NCBI GenBank assembly: GCA_951406725.2
Contig: OX597818.1
Location: 142,290,001-142,354,000, forward strand
Reading direction: 5' to 3'
Length of the DNA: 64,000 nt
Origin: Octopus vulgaris
Lineage: Eukaryota
Part shown: positions 14,051 to 26,735 of the stretch, piece after piece
Layout of the letters: each line of letters starts with the position of its first letter
How positions within the stretch are numbered: position 1 is the stretch's first letter
Position numbers and translations under genes: made by a program
Notes under the pieces: generated by a model
Databases searched by the model: none
The model's input: only the letters and a program-made list of their open reading frames with translations
What the model was told of the DNA's origin: nothing

Positions 14051-14460
14051 AGGTGTAGGCATGGCTGTGTGGTAAGAAGCTTGCTTCTCAACCACATGGT
14101 TCTGGGTTCGGTCCCGCAGCATGGCACCTTGGGCCAACCGAAGCCTTGTGAGTTGATTTGGTAGACAGAAGCTGAAAGAAGCTCATCATACTAAAGGGTT
14201 TTTATGCCCGGGTCAAACCCTTTAGTTTGACCATATATATATGTGTATGTGTGTTTGTACTCCTTCCATCATTTAACAACCGATGCTGGTGCGCTTATGC
14301 CTCTGTAACTTAATGGTTCGGCAAAAGAGACCGATAGAATAAATACTAGGTTTACAATGAATAAAACCTGGGGTTGATTTGTTCGACTAAAACCCCTTAA
14401 GGTACTGCTCCAGCATAGCCACAATCAAATGACTGAAACAAGTAAAAGAATAAAAGGAAA
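14051..14460 (+). mobile_element. SINE family A, full length
   Basis: Same head, body and tail as the other copies. Confidence 0.85.
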
Positions 14461-14692
14461 GAATGTGTTTGTATATATAATTTATACAGATGTTAATATA
14501 TAGGGACTACATGTAAGTAAGCTAATAGTGAACTACTTAAATGTAAATCTTATGTGTTCTTAAGAGACTGTGTGCATATAAATATATACAGTGGCTTTAT
14601 CACATTACATTAATTTAAAAGGGCCCTAACATGACAGACAAAACCCCCAAGGTAGGTTTAGCCTAAGTACAAATGTAGAAAACTGGACTTAC

Positions 14693-14695
14693 CAT
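14693..14695 (-). CDS. Candidate 3-nt microexon (ATG), or end of a first exon that contributes only the start codon
   Basis: Minus strand reads ctcacatcactctttctgcAG|ATG|GTAAGT: consensus acceptor and donor around one codon. Confidence 0.3.
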
Positions 14696-15667
14696 CTGCA
14701 GAAAGAGTGATGTGAGGACATCACTGGTTACTACTCCACAGTTTGATAAGTTAAAAAAAACAACAACTAAACAGATTAAGTGGGATAAAAAGGACAGGAT
14801 GATGGCTATGTGAAGGGGTGGCAGGGTGCCAGAGATGAGAGGTAGAAAGATAGAAAAGTGGGGGAAGGAATGAAGAGGGAGAGAGATAAAGAGAGGGAGA
14901 CAATGATATTGGAGGTGATAGTGATTAGGATGATGGTGATGGTGATGGAGATGGTGATGGTGATGGAGATGGTGATGGTGATGGTGATGGTGATGGTGAT
15001 AGGCAGATGATGGGAATGGTAGTGGTGGTGGGAAAGACAGAAGAGAAACTAACCAGGAGATAACAAAATTCAAGGATAGTGACATCTACCAGAAGTGGTG
15101 ATGGTTTAGGGGAGTGCAGGGGAGACAGATGTAAATGTGAAAGTATATTTGGAAGTTTGTGGAGGAGCGGGGTGTGTGTGTGTGGGGGGGGGTATTGAGA
15201 AATGTGTGCGTATGTGTGTGTGTGTCTGTTCATCTAATTACTACAGTACATATAGATATATGAGAACGCCAAGAAGGGGTCATCAGCATGGTTGTGTAAT
15301 CTGCTAAAAATAGCAGCCAAAATCCCTCAAATTAAACTTTATCCTTCTAAGAAATGAAGGACACAAATACTGTGTATGTGACACAAATGACGAAATTATG
15401 ACCAAGATGATGATCAACCCTGCTGCTTCTGTTTGCCAGGAAGGGAAACAGTTTGCCCTCTGTCTGGGGGGACATGATGAAAGTGGTTGTATGCTGGATG
15501 CAACGGAAAGGACTAAGGACAAATACTTTCCTTTTCAACCAAGCCTTTTCCTCTTCAAGTCAAGCCTTTATTGACATTTTCAAGTTCCATTTGGAAAGGA
15601 AGATGAAGGGGTAGAGAGGGAGGTAATGCTCTGTGTGAATGGAAGTACTCTCAGCATGAGCCTTTAA

Positions 15668-15869
15668 CTCCTTCTATACCAACCCGGCTGAAACTGCCTC
15701 TGGCTCTGTAGTACAAATGTCTTGTTTCTGTAAGTTCTACATTAAAATCTATGTTCCTAACACTAACTAGCTTAATCATAAATAAGTTATTTTACTAAAT
15801 TGTTTATTATATTTAAAATTAATTGAAAGAAACACAGAGCATCTCAAAATAAATATGATAATGAAAGGG
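15668..15869. mobile_element. MITE family P1, opposite orientation
   Basis: Reverse-complement similarity to 5281-5502; TTAA flanks. Confidence 0.75.
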
Positions 15870-16749
15870 TTAAGCTCAGGGAACACATCTGAAAGACGGT
15901 TCTTACTCTTGATAGTTCGGGTAATCTTGGAATGAAGACAGTAGCCCCCTTGTTGGATCAGAAATATATTCTATTTACTGAATATATCATCACTTTCCAT
16001 GTCACATTTTTATATGCACACATTTATTCATTTTTCATTATAAAGTCCTCATCTATGGCCCATGGAGTAAATAAATCATTATTATTATCGTGGGCTGTAG
16101 ATTGGAAGAATTGTTGGATCTTTTCTATTTGGCTGCCACTTTTCAATTGCTTTAATTTCTATTCCAACTGATTTCATATTTGGTGTAATGGTGTAGTTTT
16201 CTATGCTAATCATTGGCCTAAAACTCATTTTCACTATAAATCAATAAATAAAAAGTTAATAGCTTTTAAAGTTTGCAAATTTTGGGTAATTTTAGCCAAT
16301 CGCAACCCAGACACATTCATGCCTGTTTCCATAGTAACAAGCCAAGCATGAGAATTCTTTTGTCTGTGAGAAAGCACATGTTGCCAAATATATTCTACTC
16401 ATTGAGGTGGTTGTGAAATGTGCTAAAAATAACAGCTAAATAGGCCTTAACTCATGCACAGCCAAATTTTTGGTTTGATTTTTGCATAATCATATGAATT
16501 GTGTGTGAAGAATACAAATTCACAAAACTTTTCTGAAAATTCCACAAAATAAAAATGTTACAAGACGTTATATGGTGTGCATGATGCAGAATTCCACCAA
16601 TATTTCATTTGCTTACAGTTGACAACACATGCTGTCACACACACAGAGTAACAGCTTCTAAATCCTGTTTTCTGATAGAGTAAAAAATGATCAAACTTTA
16701 AACCTCTGCAACTTATTATTTTTCCGTTTTTAATGGAAAAGTGAATATC

Positions 16750-16975
16750 TCTCTCTTTTACTCTTTTACTTGTTTCAGTCATGTGACTGTGGCCATGCTG
16801 GAGCACCGCCTTTAGTCGAGCAAATCAACCCCAGGACTTATTCTTTGTAAGCCAAGTGCTTATTCTATTGGTCTCTATTGCCGAACCGGTAGTTTACGGG
16901 GATGTAAACACACCACCATTGGTTGTCAAGTGATGTTGAAGGGACAAACACAGACACACAAACATATACACACAC

Positions 16976-17021
<46 letters not shown>

Positions 17022-17306
17022 GTGGAGGCGCAATGGCCTAGTGGTTAGGGCAGCGGACTCGCAGTCGCAGGATCGCGGTTTCGATTCCCAGACCGGGCGT
17101 TGTGAGTGTTTATTGAGCGAAAACACCTAAAAGCTCCACGAGGCTCCGGCAGGGGGTGGTGATCCCTGCTGTACTCTTCCACCACTCTTTCTTCTGTTGG
17201 CCTGCTCACTTAGCCAGCGGGGTGGCGTCATTCGAAGGCTAAAACAATGCGAACGCATTGTGACCAGCGATGTGTAACAACATCTGATGGTCTGGTCGGT
17301 CACGTG

Positions 17307-17351
<45 letters not shown>

Positions 17352-17511
17352 AGCTTCTGTCAGTTTCAGTCTACCAAATTCACTCACAAGACTTTGATCG
17401 GCCCGAGGCTTATAGTAGAAGACACTTGCCTAAGGTGCCCCACAGTGGGACTGAAACTGGAACCATGTGGTTTGTAAACAAGCTACTTACCACACAGCCA
17501 CTCCTATGCCT
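16750..17511 (-). mobile_element. SINE family A, interrupted in its internal microsatellite by a second SINE
   Basis: Tail half 16750-16975 and head half 17345-17511 flank the insert at 17024-17310. Confidence 0.85.
17024..17310 (+). mobile_element. SINE: head H2 + tail T2
   Basis: Same head as 11879. Tail GGGGTGGCGTCATTCGAAGG...GGTCGGTCACGTGA also occurs alone at 3376-3495. Confidence 0.8.
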
Positions 17512-19019
17512 AGGTTTGTCATAGAAAATTACATCAATACACCAAACTTTAAAATTTCCTCTAAACTTTAAAATTTCCACAGGTGCAGCCAAAGAGAAAA
17601 GATCCTAAAGTACCAGTCAAGTACTGGAGTCGACACATCGAAAACACTCACCCACCATCAAAACTGATGACTTTGCACCTTAATTAGAAACTATTAGGTG
17701 TAGGAGTAGCATAGCTATTTTTATGGTCATCATCAACACCATCCTCCCATTATATACACCATCATCTCCCTCACTGTCAACAGTTTTATTATGAAATATA
17801 AAAAAAAAAAAGCAAAATGAAAATGTTTGAAGCTAAAAATAAAGCAGCCTGGGAATAAAAAAAAAAAAAGGCAGTAGGTGAGGGAAGTTGAAAAGAGAAA
17901 GAGTAAGAGAGAAGAAGGTTGGAGAAAGACAATAACAGAGAAAGAAAGATAAGATGGGTGGAGAAAGAGAGAGAGAGAGAGATAAATCAGGAGTGGAGAA
18001 AGAGACAGAGAGATAAAAAAGGGATGGAGAAAGCAGATGGGTAAAACAGGGTTTGTGTTTTGATAATGTGTCAGGTAGGGAATTAGGACAGAAACAGAAG
18101 GGTTAATACTCATTTACATATAATCTCTCTCTCTCTCTCTCATATGTATATATCTGTTATCTTTTCAGTCATAAGGCTGTGGCCATGCTGGGGCACCACC
18201 TTGAATTTTTAGTCAAATAAATCAAGCCCAGAGCGTTTTTTTTATTTTTATTTTTAAAGCCTGGTACTTATTCTATTGGTCTCTTTTGCTGAGCTGCTAA
18301 GTTGTAAACTTGAGTGGGGGACAAACACAGACGTATGCAGACACATACACACACACACACAAACACATACACATGCATGTGCACACATATAAATCATCAG
18401 CCAGGTGCCATCGTCATGTCTTGCCAAAACTTTCCAGTGTGTGTGTGTGTGTGTGTGAGTACGTGTGAGAGTGAGAGAGGGAGAATGGGTGTAATGTAGA
18501 CAGTGATAAAAAGAATGGAAGAGAGAGACTTTTTGATCTTGTACATTTATTTTTTTACTAATTGTTTCCCCCCCCCCCCCCATCATTGCTAATCTGTAGC
18601 AGATAAAATTTACATGATTTGATTGGTTAGAAAAAAGAAAATTATGTGTAACTAAGCAGGGACAGTGAAAGACATGGTGAAGATACTGTTAAAAGTAAAG
18701 TAAAACAAATTGGAGTAACCTACAGTGTAAAAAGAAGCAAAAAATATGAACGACAAAAAAGAGATGCGATATTGTTTAGAGTAAGGGATATCAAACATAC
18801 AACCCATGGTAATGTTTCATCTGGACCTGGTACAATTATATATTAAAGAACTATAATTGTTATTATAATTTAATTTTAGAACATTCTGTAAAGTATTTAT
18901 CACTGACATAGATATGGCTGTGGGGTTAGGGAGATTGCTTTGGAAATACGTGGTTTTGGGTTCAGTCCCACTGTGCAGAAACTTTGGACAATGTCTTCCA
19001 CAATAGCACCAGGCTGACC

Positions 19020-19405
19020 TTTACCTTTTACTTGTTTCAGCCATTTTACTGTGGTTGTGCTGGGGCACTGCCTTGAAGAGTTTAGCTCAACAAATTGACT
19101 TAGGTCTTATTCTATCAGTCATTTTTGTCGAACTGCTAAGTTACAGGGGACATAAACACATCACCACTGGTTGTCAAGCAGTGGTGGGGAACAAACACAG
19201 ATGAAGAGACACACACGCATAGATATATGCATACATATATACGATGGTTTCTGTCAGTTTCTGTCTACCAAATCTACTCACAAGGCTTTGGTTGGCCTGA
19301 GGTTATAGCAGAAGACACTTGCCCAAGGTGCCATACAGTGGGATTGAACCCAGAATCATGTGGTTGGGAAGCAAGCTTCTTACCACACAATCATGCCTGT
19401 GCCTA
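19020..19405 (-). mobile_element. SINE family A, diverged
   Basis: Colinear similarity to the other copies. Confidence 0.75.
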
Positions 19406-20299
19406 TAACTATTCTCAGATTAAAACTGTTTCATTACACTTGCAGATGGTCATATTTTGCAAATCAAACATACACACTATATATTTGGTCATCACTTCAG
19501 CATCATCATCATTATTATTATTATTATTATTTTAGTTTCTTTGTCAATCTTCTCTTGTCACACATGCAGTAAACTCTTCAGTGACTCTTTATTTATCCTA
19601 TATATCTCCTCTTGTTCTTTTTGACCATTCCCAAATATAACAATGTTTCAACACAAGATTTCACATCAAGAATCTTGCAAAACAAATACATCAACATCAA
19701 ACCATTTCCTTTCTGTTAAACCCAGGAGTTCCAAAACTGGAGTGCCAACACCTTCAGAGAGTGTGACAAAGAGAAGGCATATATATATACTTTATTAAAA
19801 TCACCATTCAGGTTAAATTTAACTAAGTCTTAAAACAACCTCATTCTTCTCAACACACCAAGAGCTTTATTTTTCTATGTAAGTATATTTAACCTTTCAA
19901 CATTCAAATTACTGTCAAATGTAATGCTTATTTATTTACATTTATCTTTTATCTTTCATTTGTTTCAGTCGTTTGACTGCGGTCATGCTGGGGCACTGCC
20001 TTGAAGGGTTTTAGCTGAATCGATATCAAAACCAGGACTTAATTTTTAAACCTATTACTTATTCTCTCAGCCACTTTTGACAAACTGTTAAGTTACAAGG
20101 ACTTAAACAAACAAATACCAGTTGTCAAGCTGTGATGGGGGGGAAATGCAGACACAATGACACACACACACACACGCTTCATTAAAGGATTATAATATTC
20201 AATGAATTTATTGGTTTATTACGTAATATTTGTTTTCAATATTAATTACAACACTCATAAATAATAAGTAATTAGTTAAACCGAGCCTTACATTTATTT

Positions 20300-20640
20300 A
20301 AGAAAAATAAGAAAATAGAGATTAATCAATTAATAATTATATTTACTAATTGCAGAAATAGACATAATCCCTGACAGCTGTTTCGATTCAGATTTTAGAA
20401 ATTTTAATTCAAATAATTAAATCATTATAAAGTAGCTGAAATGTTCCATACACTTAACACATAAAAATGTAATGGTATATCTTTTTTTCTACCTCTGACA
20501 AGATTCTACTTTATAATGACTTAATTATTTCAATTAAAATTCTTTGAAGTCTGAATCAAAACAGCTGTCAGGGATTATGCCTATTTTTGCAATTAATATA
20601 TATATAATTATTAACTGATTAATCTCTATTTTCTTATTTT

Positions 20641-20644
<4 letters not shown>
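20300..20644. mobile_element. Foldback (inverted) Penelope-like terminal fragment
   Basis: Arms 20300-20435 and 20506-20644 are near-perfect reverse complements around a 70-nt spacer; carries hammerhead remnants. Confidence 0.6.
20492..20572 (+). ncRNA. Decayed Penelope-type hammerhead motif
   Basis: CCT-CTGACAA-GATTC...GAATC-AAAA-CAGCTG-TC-AGG. The two core changes are G>A at CpG sites. The inverted copy at 20369-20389 keeps GAATC-GAAA-CAGCTG-TC-AGGG. Confidence 0.55.
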
Positions 20645-20679
<35 letters not shown>

Positions 20680-21179
20680 CATATGGCAGCCTTCTTTCAG
20701 TTTCTGTCAACCAAATCCACTCACAAGGCTTTAGTCAGCCAAAGGTTATAGTAAAAGACACTTGCCCAAGGTGCCATGCCATGGGACTGAACCTGGAACC
20801 ATGTGGTTGGGAAGCAAAACTCTTAACAAACAGCATACCTTCACTTGTTTTGAATTAATCATGCTTTATCTTATAGACTTGACATTTCAATAATATGATT
20901 CTTTAGTTTTATAATGACATTGCAAGGTAAGCATGAGAGGCCAGAGGTAGAATATTTGGTCCTCATATGGCCAGTTTAAATGCTAAAGAGTTAATCCATA
21001 AAGAGATTATGACTAAGGACTATACTCACTGCAACAACATACTCATTTTGTAAATCAAGACAAAATTACTTGAATCCAAGAAGACTTGAAGAACACAATC
21101 AGAAAGAAATTTCCATGTTTTGATAAAGTCTTGGACGAGAAGGAGAAACAAAGAAGATACTGAATATTACGTTTTAGAA

Positions 21180-21487
21180 CAGTGGTTCCCATTTTCAGGC
21201 TGCTGCCCCCTTGACACCCAGGCCACATTCCTAGCGCACTCACCCCAACTAACCATCACAAACCTAGACCTCTTTCTGAAGCACATTCAAAGCAACTGTA
21301 TTTCACAAATAAATTTAACCTAATGAACCCATTATTTTGTTGTTTTTACATGACTCGCTATCCCATTATCTCCTCCCCACTTTTTATATGAATTGCTATC
21401 CCATTATCACCCCACTTTTCTTCAACACCCCCTTGGAACTTTCCACCACCTCCAGTGGGGTGATATCACCCACTTTGGGAAACACTG
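21180..21487. mobile_element. hAT (Charlie-like) MITE
   Basis: TIR CAGTGGTTCCCA / TGGGAAACACTG; perfect 8-bp TSD TTTTAGAA (21172-79 and 21488-95). Confidence 0.88.
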
Positions 21488-21884
21488 TTTTAGAACATCA
21501 AGTGATACACTAGATATAGGTTTATTATTTTGACTACATTCTTTTTTTGTAGCTTCACTATGTACAAATGTTCACAAATGTGATCGATTTTACAGTTTGC
21601 AGTTTTTTTAAATCCTAATTGTTCGATTTACATTTTTTAAAAATACATATACTTTTAGTTTCATTTGTTCACCCACAGATCTGTATGTAGTTCAATTTAA
21701 AACAAATTAGTTACCAGAAAATTGACATTTCATGTTAATATACGCACGGGGTGAAAAATATTTATCAAACATTTCTTAGGGGTGCAGGGTTAGAAACCAC
21801 TGCCCCAACCCCGTTGTGACCATATTTCTTATGCAATACACTGTCAAGAGTAGTGCTCCAGACTCTTAACAAGGCACAACTTAC

Positions 21885-21962
21885 GAAGACTTGTAAGAGA
21901 GAGGACAATATTCTCAAAACAAGAAACAACAAACTACCACCACCAAGAACATAGAAAAACAT
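21885..21962 (-). CDS. Candidate alternative first exon encoding hydrophobic peptide MFFYVLGGGSLLFLVLRILSSLLQVF
   Basis: GCCATG start, 26 codons, donor TTC|GTAAGT in phase 0. The frame stays open upstream to 22088. Unique, non-repeat sequence. Confidence 0.4.
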
Positions 21963-22256
21963 GGCAAATAACTGTAACGACTTGAAACACTTGAAACTAC
22001 TGATATCACTGGTGAGGTTTATTAAAAAGGAAATATGCCAGAAGTCGTCTCCACCACTACTGAAGATCAGACCACTCCCCCACTGCAATTTTAATATAAA
22101 TTTCAGAGTTTTCTCCCTTTGCCTATATTAATGAGAAGTGTCATTTATGCTAATGGCATTTTTCACAGCAGATGTAATTATAACTGATTAAAAATCATTT
22201 TTAGCGTATTAAGTTTTTTTTTTCTGCAGAAACTCCTGGTAAATTTTCAATGTCAT

Positions 22257-22310
<54 letters not shown>

Positions 22311-22444
22311 CACATGCTCTTATTCTCCCTCCTTTTCTCTCTCTTTCTTTGTCTTGTACCCTCCAGCCTTCATCAGGTGTCTTGGGGAAATTTCGAACCT
22401 GGGTTCTCATTCCTAAGGTATTTTTCAATGTTGTTATTATTATT

Positions 22445-22905
22445 GAGTGAGAGAGCAGTGCATGCCATCAAAGTGACACTGGGGTAAAATATACGAAGCC
22501 CAGTATACCCATCATGACTGATAAGGGTACACTAGGCACATGCATCACAACCATATGTGCGCGACATGGTGTTCTCATATCAAGATAAACAGTACATGAC
22601 CTTGCAGGTGGGGCCCAGTTAGAATTTCCTTCTGGTCAAGTAACCCATCCTGCTCAAAAGGTCCCTGAATAAGGGTTGTTTAAGGATGTTGAACGAAACA
22701 CCCATGTATCCAGAGGTGAATTATTCAAACCCCAAAGAATCCCTCTGAACACATGGCTATGATGTTCCCCCACTACTTCTGCTCATGATCAGAGATGCAC
22801 ATATCGTCAGCCACTAAGGGACATGCTCAACTGGTTAAGGTCAAACAACTAACCTGTGGTATTGAGCAAAATGTTTACTGTAGCCCATCTTTTATACCAA
22901 GAAAA
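22445..22905 (-). mobile_element. Probable 3' end of a non-LTR retrotransposon inserted in an (AAT)n tract
   Basis: ~460 bp of higher-GC sequence with ATT repeats directly on both sides; no ORF. Confidence 0.4.
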
Positions 22906-22930
22906 ATTATTATTACTATTATTATTATTA

Positions 22931-22961
<31 letters not shown>

Positions 22962-23172
22962 CATTATTATTATCATTATTATAATTATTATTATTATTAT
23001 TATTATTATTATCATTATTATAATTATTATTATTATTATTATCATTATTATCATTATTATAATTATTATTATTATTATTATTATCATCATTATTATTATC
23101 ATTATTATAATAATAATAATTATTATTATTATTATTATTATTATCATCATTATTATTATCATTATTATAATA

Positions 23173-23204
<32 letters not shown>

Positions 23205-23316
23205 CATCATTATTATTATCATTATTATAATAATTATTATTATTATTATTATTATTATTATCAATAATATAATTATTATTATTATTATTATTATTATCAT
23301 TATTATTATTATTATT
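22906..23316. repeat. (ATT)n/(ATC) microsatellite with ~60-bp higher-order units
   Basis: Direct reading; the blocks starting at 23101, 23161 and 23221 are nearly identical. Confidence 0.95.
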
Positions 23317-25077
23317 CAGGTCACTGCCTGGAATCGAACTCAGAATCTTGGGATTAGTAGCCCACGCTCTTAACCACAATGCCACATGCCTGTGGGCATA
23401 CAGAACTGTATTATCTTAATTAACTCAACACCACCACTATCATGCTAACTACAATATCACTACTACTACCACAACAACAACAACAACTTCTGCACCTCTA
23501 CTATTACCAGCATCTGTACTACTATACCATGACAACTACACCCCTATCACCACCTGCATCATCATCATCATCATCATCATCAACATCATTAATATTATTA
23601 ACATGCTGTTACATCTTCAGTTTCTCTCCCCCCTTCCTTTCCCTCACTCCTCATCAAAAGCACCCAGCATCTTTCCCCAAAATGAAACATTCCTTTTTAG
23701 TCACACCAGTAAAGAGGGTAAAGCAAAATTGAGGTATTTCCTCTTTTAGGGTTCACTGCTTGCCAATCAGATCACTTTATACAGTTTATGCTTCATTGAA
23801 CACAAGCAAGAAGCATTCAAAGATAAATTAAACAAAATTTCCTTCTAGGAGTGGGTGAGTAAGTGACTTCTTTCTTTCTTTCTTTCTTTCTTTTTGTTGA
23901 GCTTTTGTTATTTTTTTGTTAAATATTTTTCTTTTGGATTTTTGGATTTCTTAAAATTTTCTTTTATCATTTTTTTTCTAATTTTCTAAAATTAAATCAC
24001 GAGTTTAAGATTATTAAAGAAATATTGTGAGTTAAATTTTTCGCTCCAGATGACGTTGAAAAATAATATTGGAAGCTCTGAATATACTGTGTTGAATAAA
24101 CATCTTTAAAAATCTATTTTATTTTATTCTTCATCTTATTTCAAATTCTGTAAAAAAAAAACAGTATATTTGAGTGAATTCTTAGTTCCTTTAATCTATT
24201 CCAATTCCCTAAGGCTTATATCTGAAAGTTCCACTTCTCAGAATTTCTTGCTTAAGTAAATTTCTTCTCTGTATTTAAATAAATCATGCAGGTAGATAGA
24301 TAGTAAGAGAGAGAGAGGGAAAGAAAGAGAGAGAGAGAGAATCATCTTTTTGCCACCTGAAGGATCACAGAGCAAGATACTCTGAGTAATGATGAAGTGA
24401 GTCATATATAGATGGTGCAGGTGTGGCTGTGTGGCAAAAAGCTTGCTTCCCAACCACATGCTCCAGGTTCAGTCCCAAGTGCCTGGCGAGTGGATTTGGT
24501 GGGCAGAAACTGAAAGAAGCCCCTCATGTATATATCTATATACACATATATGGAAATATATATCTATATACACAGCTATAGAAATATATTCTGTTACTTG
24601 TTTCAGTCATTTGACTGTAGCCATGCTGGAGCATGCCTGTGTGTACCCACACCTACTTCATTTTAAAGCAAAGAGAGAAATCAAGGCTACAAAGAGCAGT
24701 CAGGCATGAAAACACTTGCTTCAATAATATGTAAATGTCTAAATTTGAATAAACCATTGAACCATGGCTATCAGATATAAATCACTAAATTTTATTCTGA
24801 AAAAGAAATAATAAAATAAAATGAAAATTAAAAACTGAGATTATTTGCAATGGCAAGACATTAGAATGTTTCCTTCCTACATGATTCCTGGTTCAAATCA
24901 TACCAGAGGTACTTTTCTATTTTTTTTTTTAATCTGAACAAGAGAAAATAAATACCAGTAATATACTGAGGAGTAAATGTTATTAAGTTAATTGCCTCAT
25001 TCTCCTTAAAAAACAAAAATCAACACAGTAACAATATAATCAATCAATGTGTATCTGATGAAGTTTGTCATCATCAT

Positions 25078-25244
25078 AGGTGCAGGTGTGGCTGTGTGGT
25101 AAGAAGCTTGCTTCCCAACCACATAGTTCTGGGTTCAGTCCCACTGTGTGGCACAACTGAGCAAATGTCCTCTACTATAGCCACGGATCAATGAAAGCCT
25201 TATGAGTGGATTTGAGAGACAGAAACTGAAAGAAGCCTGTCATG

Positions 25245-25317
<73 letters not shown>

Positions 25318-25532
25318 ATATAATTGTGCACGTATCTGTGTTTGTCCTCCTACTATCGCTTGACAACAGATATTGGTGTGTTTACAGCCTCATAACTTAG
25401 CAGTTTGGCAAAAGAGACAGATAGAATGAGTAGTAGATTTACAAAGAATAAGTCCTTGGGTTGATTTGCTTGATTAAAGTTGGTGCTCCAGCATGGCCAC
25501 AATCAAATGATTGAAACAAGTAAAAGAATAAA
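25078..25532 (+). mobile_element. SINE family A
   Basis: Head, expanded internal (TA)n(TG)n, tail. Confidence 0.8.
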
Positions 25533-26311
25533 TAATTTTCACTATCATTCAATGTCTGTTTTCCATGCTGGCATGGGTTGTGAGTGGATAATTTTGTATG
25601 CCATTGAAAAACCTGGGATCAGAGGTTTCAGAGCCATGTTACATGCAGATATGCAAATTTACTTAATTGTATAATTTTCATTGATGTGTTGATTCAAATA
25701 CCCATATGTTTCTTCACAGTTTTTACCTAATGTATAATGTTTCTACCAATTAAATAATAATAAATGTCCCCTCCCACCATCCTCTCTCTCTCTTTTGTGT
25801 GAATATGGATTCTGTCATTAATTGAATTTGCAGAATTTCTTGTGAGCAGGAAAATGAAGGTGACTAATTGAAAGGAATATTGGCCTGATGATTACACGAT
25901 TAATTTCTTGTAATGACCACAAAAAGCCAAAAAAAAAAAAAAACACTTATCTCACAGTGGCCCCACACTACTACTATTAATACTACATACTTTATAAAAA
26001 TAGTTGACTGTTCTAGGGAGCACTGCAGGATTGGCATTTCAATTATTAATAGCAATTCCAAATACAAATTCTCCCATGGACCTTCTTCATTATCTTCCAA
26101 CTTTCAAATACAAAGACAGTGGTATTGCATATCCCATTATAGAATTTATATAGCATTGTTCCATCACTAATGAAGGCTAATAAAACCTGGGGGCACTGTT
26201 CTTCAGGGGAATATTGTGAGTATTAGGGATTACACCCTCATCTACCTTAAAGCAATAGAAAAACTCTGCTTTAAGCTTAAATAAACTGTTAAGTTAAAAA
26301 GATTCATTCAT

Positions 26312-26735
26312 AGGCGTAGGAGTGGCTGTGTGGTAAGTAGCTTGCTAACCAACCACGTGGTTCCAGGTTCAGTTCCATTGCATGGCATCTTGGGCAAGTG
26401 TCTTCTGCTATAGCCCCGGGCCGACCAATGCCTTGTGAGTGGATTTGGTAGACGGAAACTGAAAGAAGCCTGTCGTATATATGCATATATATATATATGT
26501 ATGTGTGTGTGTGTTTGTGTGTCTGTGTTTGTCCCCCTAGCATTGCTTGACAACCAATGCTGGTGTGTTTACGTCCCCGTCACTTAGCGGTTCGGCAAAA
26601 GAGATCGATAGAATAAGTACTGGGCTTACAAAGAATAAGTCCCGGGGTCAATTTGCTCGACTAAAGGCGGTGCTTCAGCATGGCCGCAGTCAAATGACTG
26701 AAACAAGTAAAAGAGTAAAGAGTAAAGAGTAAGAG
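26312..26735 (+). mobile_element. SINE family A, young copy
   Basis: Intact A/B boxes, CpGs retained, (AGTAAAG)-type terminal repeats. Confidence 0.88.

Larger units (their letters stand above)
19893..20990. mobile_element. MITE family P2 with nested SINE A, itself carrying the foldback element
   Basis: TTAA flanks; the two halves match 8711-8872 and 37491-38102. Confidence 0.7.
22356..23397 (-). mobile_element. tRNA-headed SINE-like element with internal (AAT)n and a hammerhead half-core in its tail, interrupted by a second insert
   Basis: Head at 23397-23317 has A box TGGCATTGTGG and B box GTTCGATTCC. Tail at 22444-22356 contains ACAC-CTGATGA-AGGCTGG. Joining head and tail is inferred. 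Confidence 0.45.

Noticed and set aside
23849-23854. Plus-strand 6-nt microexon (ctAG|GAGTGG|GTGAGT)
   Set aside because: Opposite strand to the supported gene with no partner exons; chance is likely.
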